A model generated the notes under the pieces. That model was not told where the DNA came from, made no database searches, and saw nothing but the letters and a program-made list of their open reading frames with translations. Positions 33,064-35,776 of a stretch of DNA of 35,776 nt are shown piece after piece. A program made the position numbers and the translations under genes. Origin of the DNA: Basidiobolus ranarum (Eukaryota); NCBI GenBank assembly GCA_040143965.1, contig JASJQH010006938.1:1-35776 (forward strand), in the 5' to 3' direction. Each line of letters opens with the position of its first letter. The first letter of the stretch is position 1.

Positions 33064-35549
33064 AGAGTCCAAAGCTGTATTAAAGTATGTTGGTGACCAC
33101 CTTTGAGTATCACGGTCTGAGCAGAAACAGAAATAGAACTTCTGCATTCCCATATTGACATGATTCGTTTGAAGAGGAAATATTTATTATATCCTTTCCT
33201 ATTTTTGACATTGCATCAATAAACTCGTTAAAGCTAATCATTCTTGTTGGCATACAACGATAAAGTAGACGTACTTAGATATAAATATTAATACCACATT
33301 CACAGTTAGATCAGCATTATATAAGCAACGCATGAGTCTTTTTAGCCGAATCATGACCGATCATGTTGCTGGCTATCATATGAATAAATAAACATATCTG
33401 TACCTGTACATTTTGAAAGAAATTGGGATACAACATAGATACATACTATGTATACTTTACTGACACTCTTTTGTAGCCAATATAGTTTTCGATCATTTGA
33501 ATGAAATAAAGTATCTCATTACACTTGTAGCTATAATATATAATAATTATATTATAACAATTCAATGGAAGTGATTTTTCTCCACCTTTATGATAGAATC
33601 GAGATTGTAGCATTTTTAATACTTAACCCTAACCCAATCATTCGACAGTCACAATTCATCTGAATTTATTATTTATGAACGCTGATCGCAAAAAGGGTGA
33701 AACACCTGGTTAAATACTACAATGATGTCGAACACTCGTAGTTTCTTTGTATGAACAATCATTTAGATGTTAAAGCTAAAATATAGGATCACCTAGAGAT
33801 CTTTAATGCATGCTTGGTAACACCTATTCACATTAAGATCTGTAAGTGGTACTATGGCCAAGGGGGTTGGCATTGTATCCAACAGAGTTACTTGGGATTG
33901 GATCATGTTCACAGATGTACTAGTGAGAGATATTTATAACTAATAACAATCCAGGATGTAAAGGTTGAAGTTTGTAACTAGCTAAAAACATGATTGAGGT
34001 TGAAATTAGATTTTACACGGTTGACTTGAGGAAAGAGCGAAGAAATAAAAGTGAACCAATGCTACTATCAGTCAAACACTCGTATGTATTAATATATAGC
34101 AACTATAGGTTAGATGTTAATGAATAAAAACTTTTCAATATAGTGGTAAATGACACCACTACCTAACCTCCAAAATAATCCGGTTAAATTTCGCCCAGAC
34201 AGTCTGCCATATTTACAGCAGTTCTAAATTGATTGATATTGATTAATCGAGTGACCCATCACATATTCTATGTGGAAATCAAATCAATCGACAATTATGC
34301 TGACGTGTGAGCTAAATTCAAAATTAATCGATTATTTAGTAGCGATTAGGCGATATGGATAATCAAATCTATAAGTCAATGATATGCAACATTTAATAAA
34401 GATCGCTTACAGGTAGTTAAAAATGGAATAAGAAAAACCAAGGCGAAAAATCGTAAAGAGGGGGCCGTAGAAAAGAAATCCTAGGGAAGAAAGTAAGGAA
34501 TGTGTACAATGATGTATCACTACTTTGGATAAATATGAATGTTGTACTTCCAAATGGTAAACTTGTTTGTTGGTTCAATTTGTATGATTTTACTTATGAC
34601 CCATGACAGGAGTCGTCATATATATGAAAACGTTAGACGTTGATATAGTACAACATTCAAATCATTATCCTTAAATACCATTTTTCAATGCATACCATCT
34701 CTGACAATTGGCCCTTAAACATGCCCGTACAAAATTTGGGTGTGCCATATATATATCCTAGTAAGATTGGGAACCGACTCGTAGTCAATACTTGTGCACT
34801 ACATGGAATATTGCAATGGATTTGGAGGAATCATCTTTAGGTTCAGAGCACCAGAAACACATACATCCGCACTACTCAAATATTGATCACATGTACGAAA
34901 AGATTAACTTTATATCGTGCTATAAACAAGTAAAAGGTCACTATTACTAATCCTAAATTAAATTAATGTAACTGGGAGGAGACAACTCTGATCTAGAGGT
35001 AGTTGGAGTGAAAGGATGAGATATCATAATGCTCTAAAGAGAAGGCAGAGATAACTTTTGAGCTACTGTGTGACAAGATTTGCAGTAATAGGAAGCTGAT
35101 GATGAGAGAGAAAGTCTCAAACAGGGCATTGATAAGCTGCACAATGCAAAGAATAAGTGGGACATAACAACAATTACTATCCGAATTTCACTTAATTCTT
35201 ATAAGAGTAAGAATACCAACAGTTGCACACTAGTAAGCCATTGAGTATATTCAGTATTTAGTGTTCCAGTGGTGATGCAGAATGAGCAATCCTTTTAGTT
35301 GGAAGAGTATATGATTAATAGGGAAAATATGGATGTTATTCAACCCTAATGTTGGTTGAAGAGGTAGTGCCGTTTCAGGACAATGTAAATATACAGTTGG
35401 TGAATTAATATCAAGTGATATGTATAGTACTAATCAAATGGTAGTACATCTTTATATGAGCTATATTTGATAGTCGGTAATCTTTTACTATATTTACTAC
35501 ATGGTGGGGCTTTGTGAGTTATAAAAGGGTGGCATCTCTTTGGTAATCT

Positions 35550-35776
35550 TCATTCAACAAAATGGTTCACATCAATCTCTATGCTATTGCTGCTGCTCTC
35601 CTCTGCACCTCCGCCTATGCTAGTAATTTTGTAGCTTACTCCGGAGGTCATTATTCTGGATCTAGCAAGAGCATTGGAAAATGTGGCTGCTCTTCCATTC
35701 CCTACAGAGGTAGTTACAAGTGGTACGCTGAAGGCCAAAGTGGACGTGTCTATAATGGATCTGGATGTAGCGGAGC
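35550..35776 (-). CDS. C-terminal end of an unidentified gene entering from beyond the window
   Basis: Frame is open from the window edge to TGA at 35550; Ser/Thr-rich; GC-richer than the flank; no motif recognised. Confidence 0.45.
   Translation of the reverse strand, partial: SATSRSIIDTSTLAFSVPLVTTSVGNGRAATFSNALARSRIMTSGVSYKITSIGGGAEESSSNSIEIDVNHFVE

Overview
AT-rich eukaryotic DNA, most likely fungal. Short (~60 nt) GT-AG introns and the gene set (class II aldolase, RTA1, DAL5/TNA1-type MFS, MtfA-type zinc finger, secreted tyrosinase) point that way; an early-diverging, Basidiobolus-like lineage is my inference and is not proven. About 12 complete protein genes and one edge-truncated CDS are supported: a Prx5-family peroxiredoxin lacking its catalytic Cys, a tyrosinase, an MFS transporter, a C2H2 factor, FBA1, an FHA/coiled-coil SLMAP/Far9-10-like protein, a MAG1/AlkA glycosylase, an LRR-less CCR4/Angel-type nuclease, a small 6-Cys secreted protein, an intronless processive GT2, a CFEM-like GPI protein and RTA1. 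Four copies of one ~310-350 bp TG..CA LTR family are present, two with perfect 5-bp target-site duplications, and a 1.5 kb tract has no CpG at all. The most striking unannotated signal is at 28103-28340: a degenerate tRNA-like Pol III leader (A and B boxes, intact T arm), then a box C/D RNA with canonical K-turn geometry, a perfect 9-bp terminal stem and a long internal hairpin, then TTTT. It looks like a tRNA-leader/snoRNA Pol III unit whose target I cannot identify.
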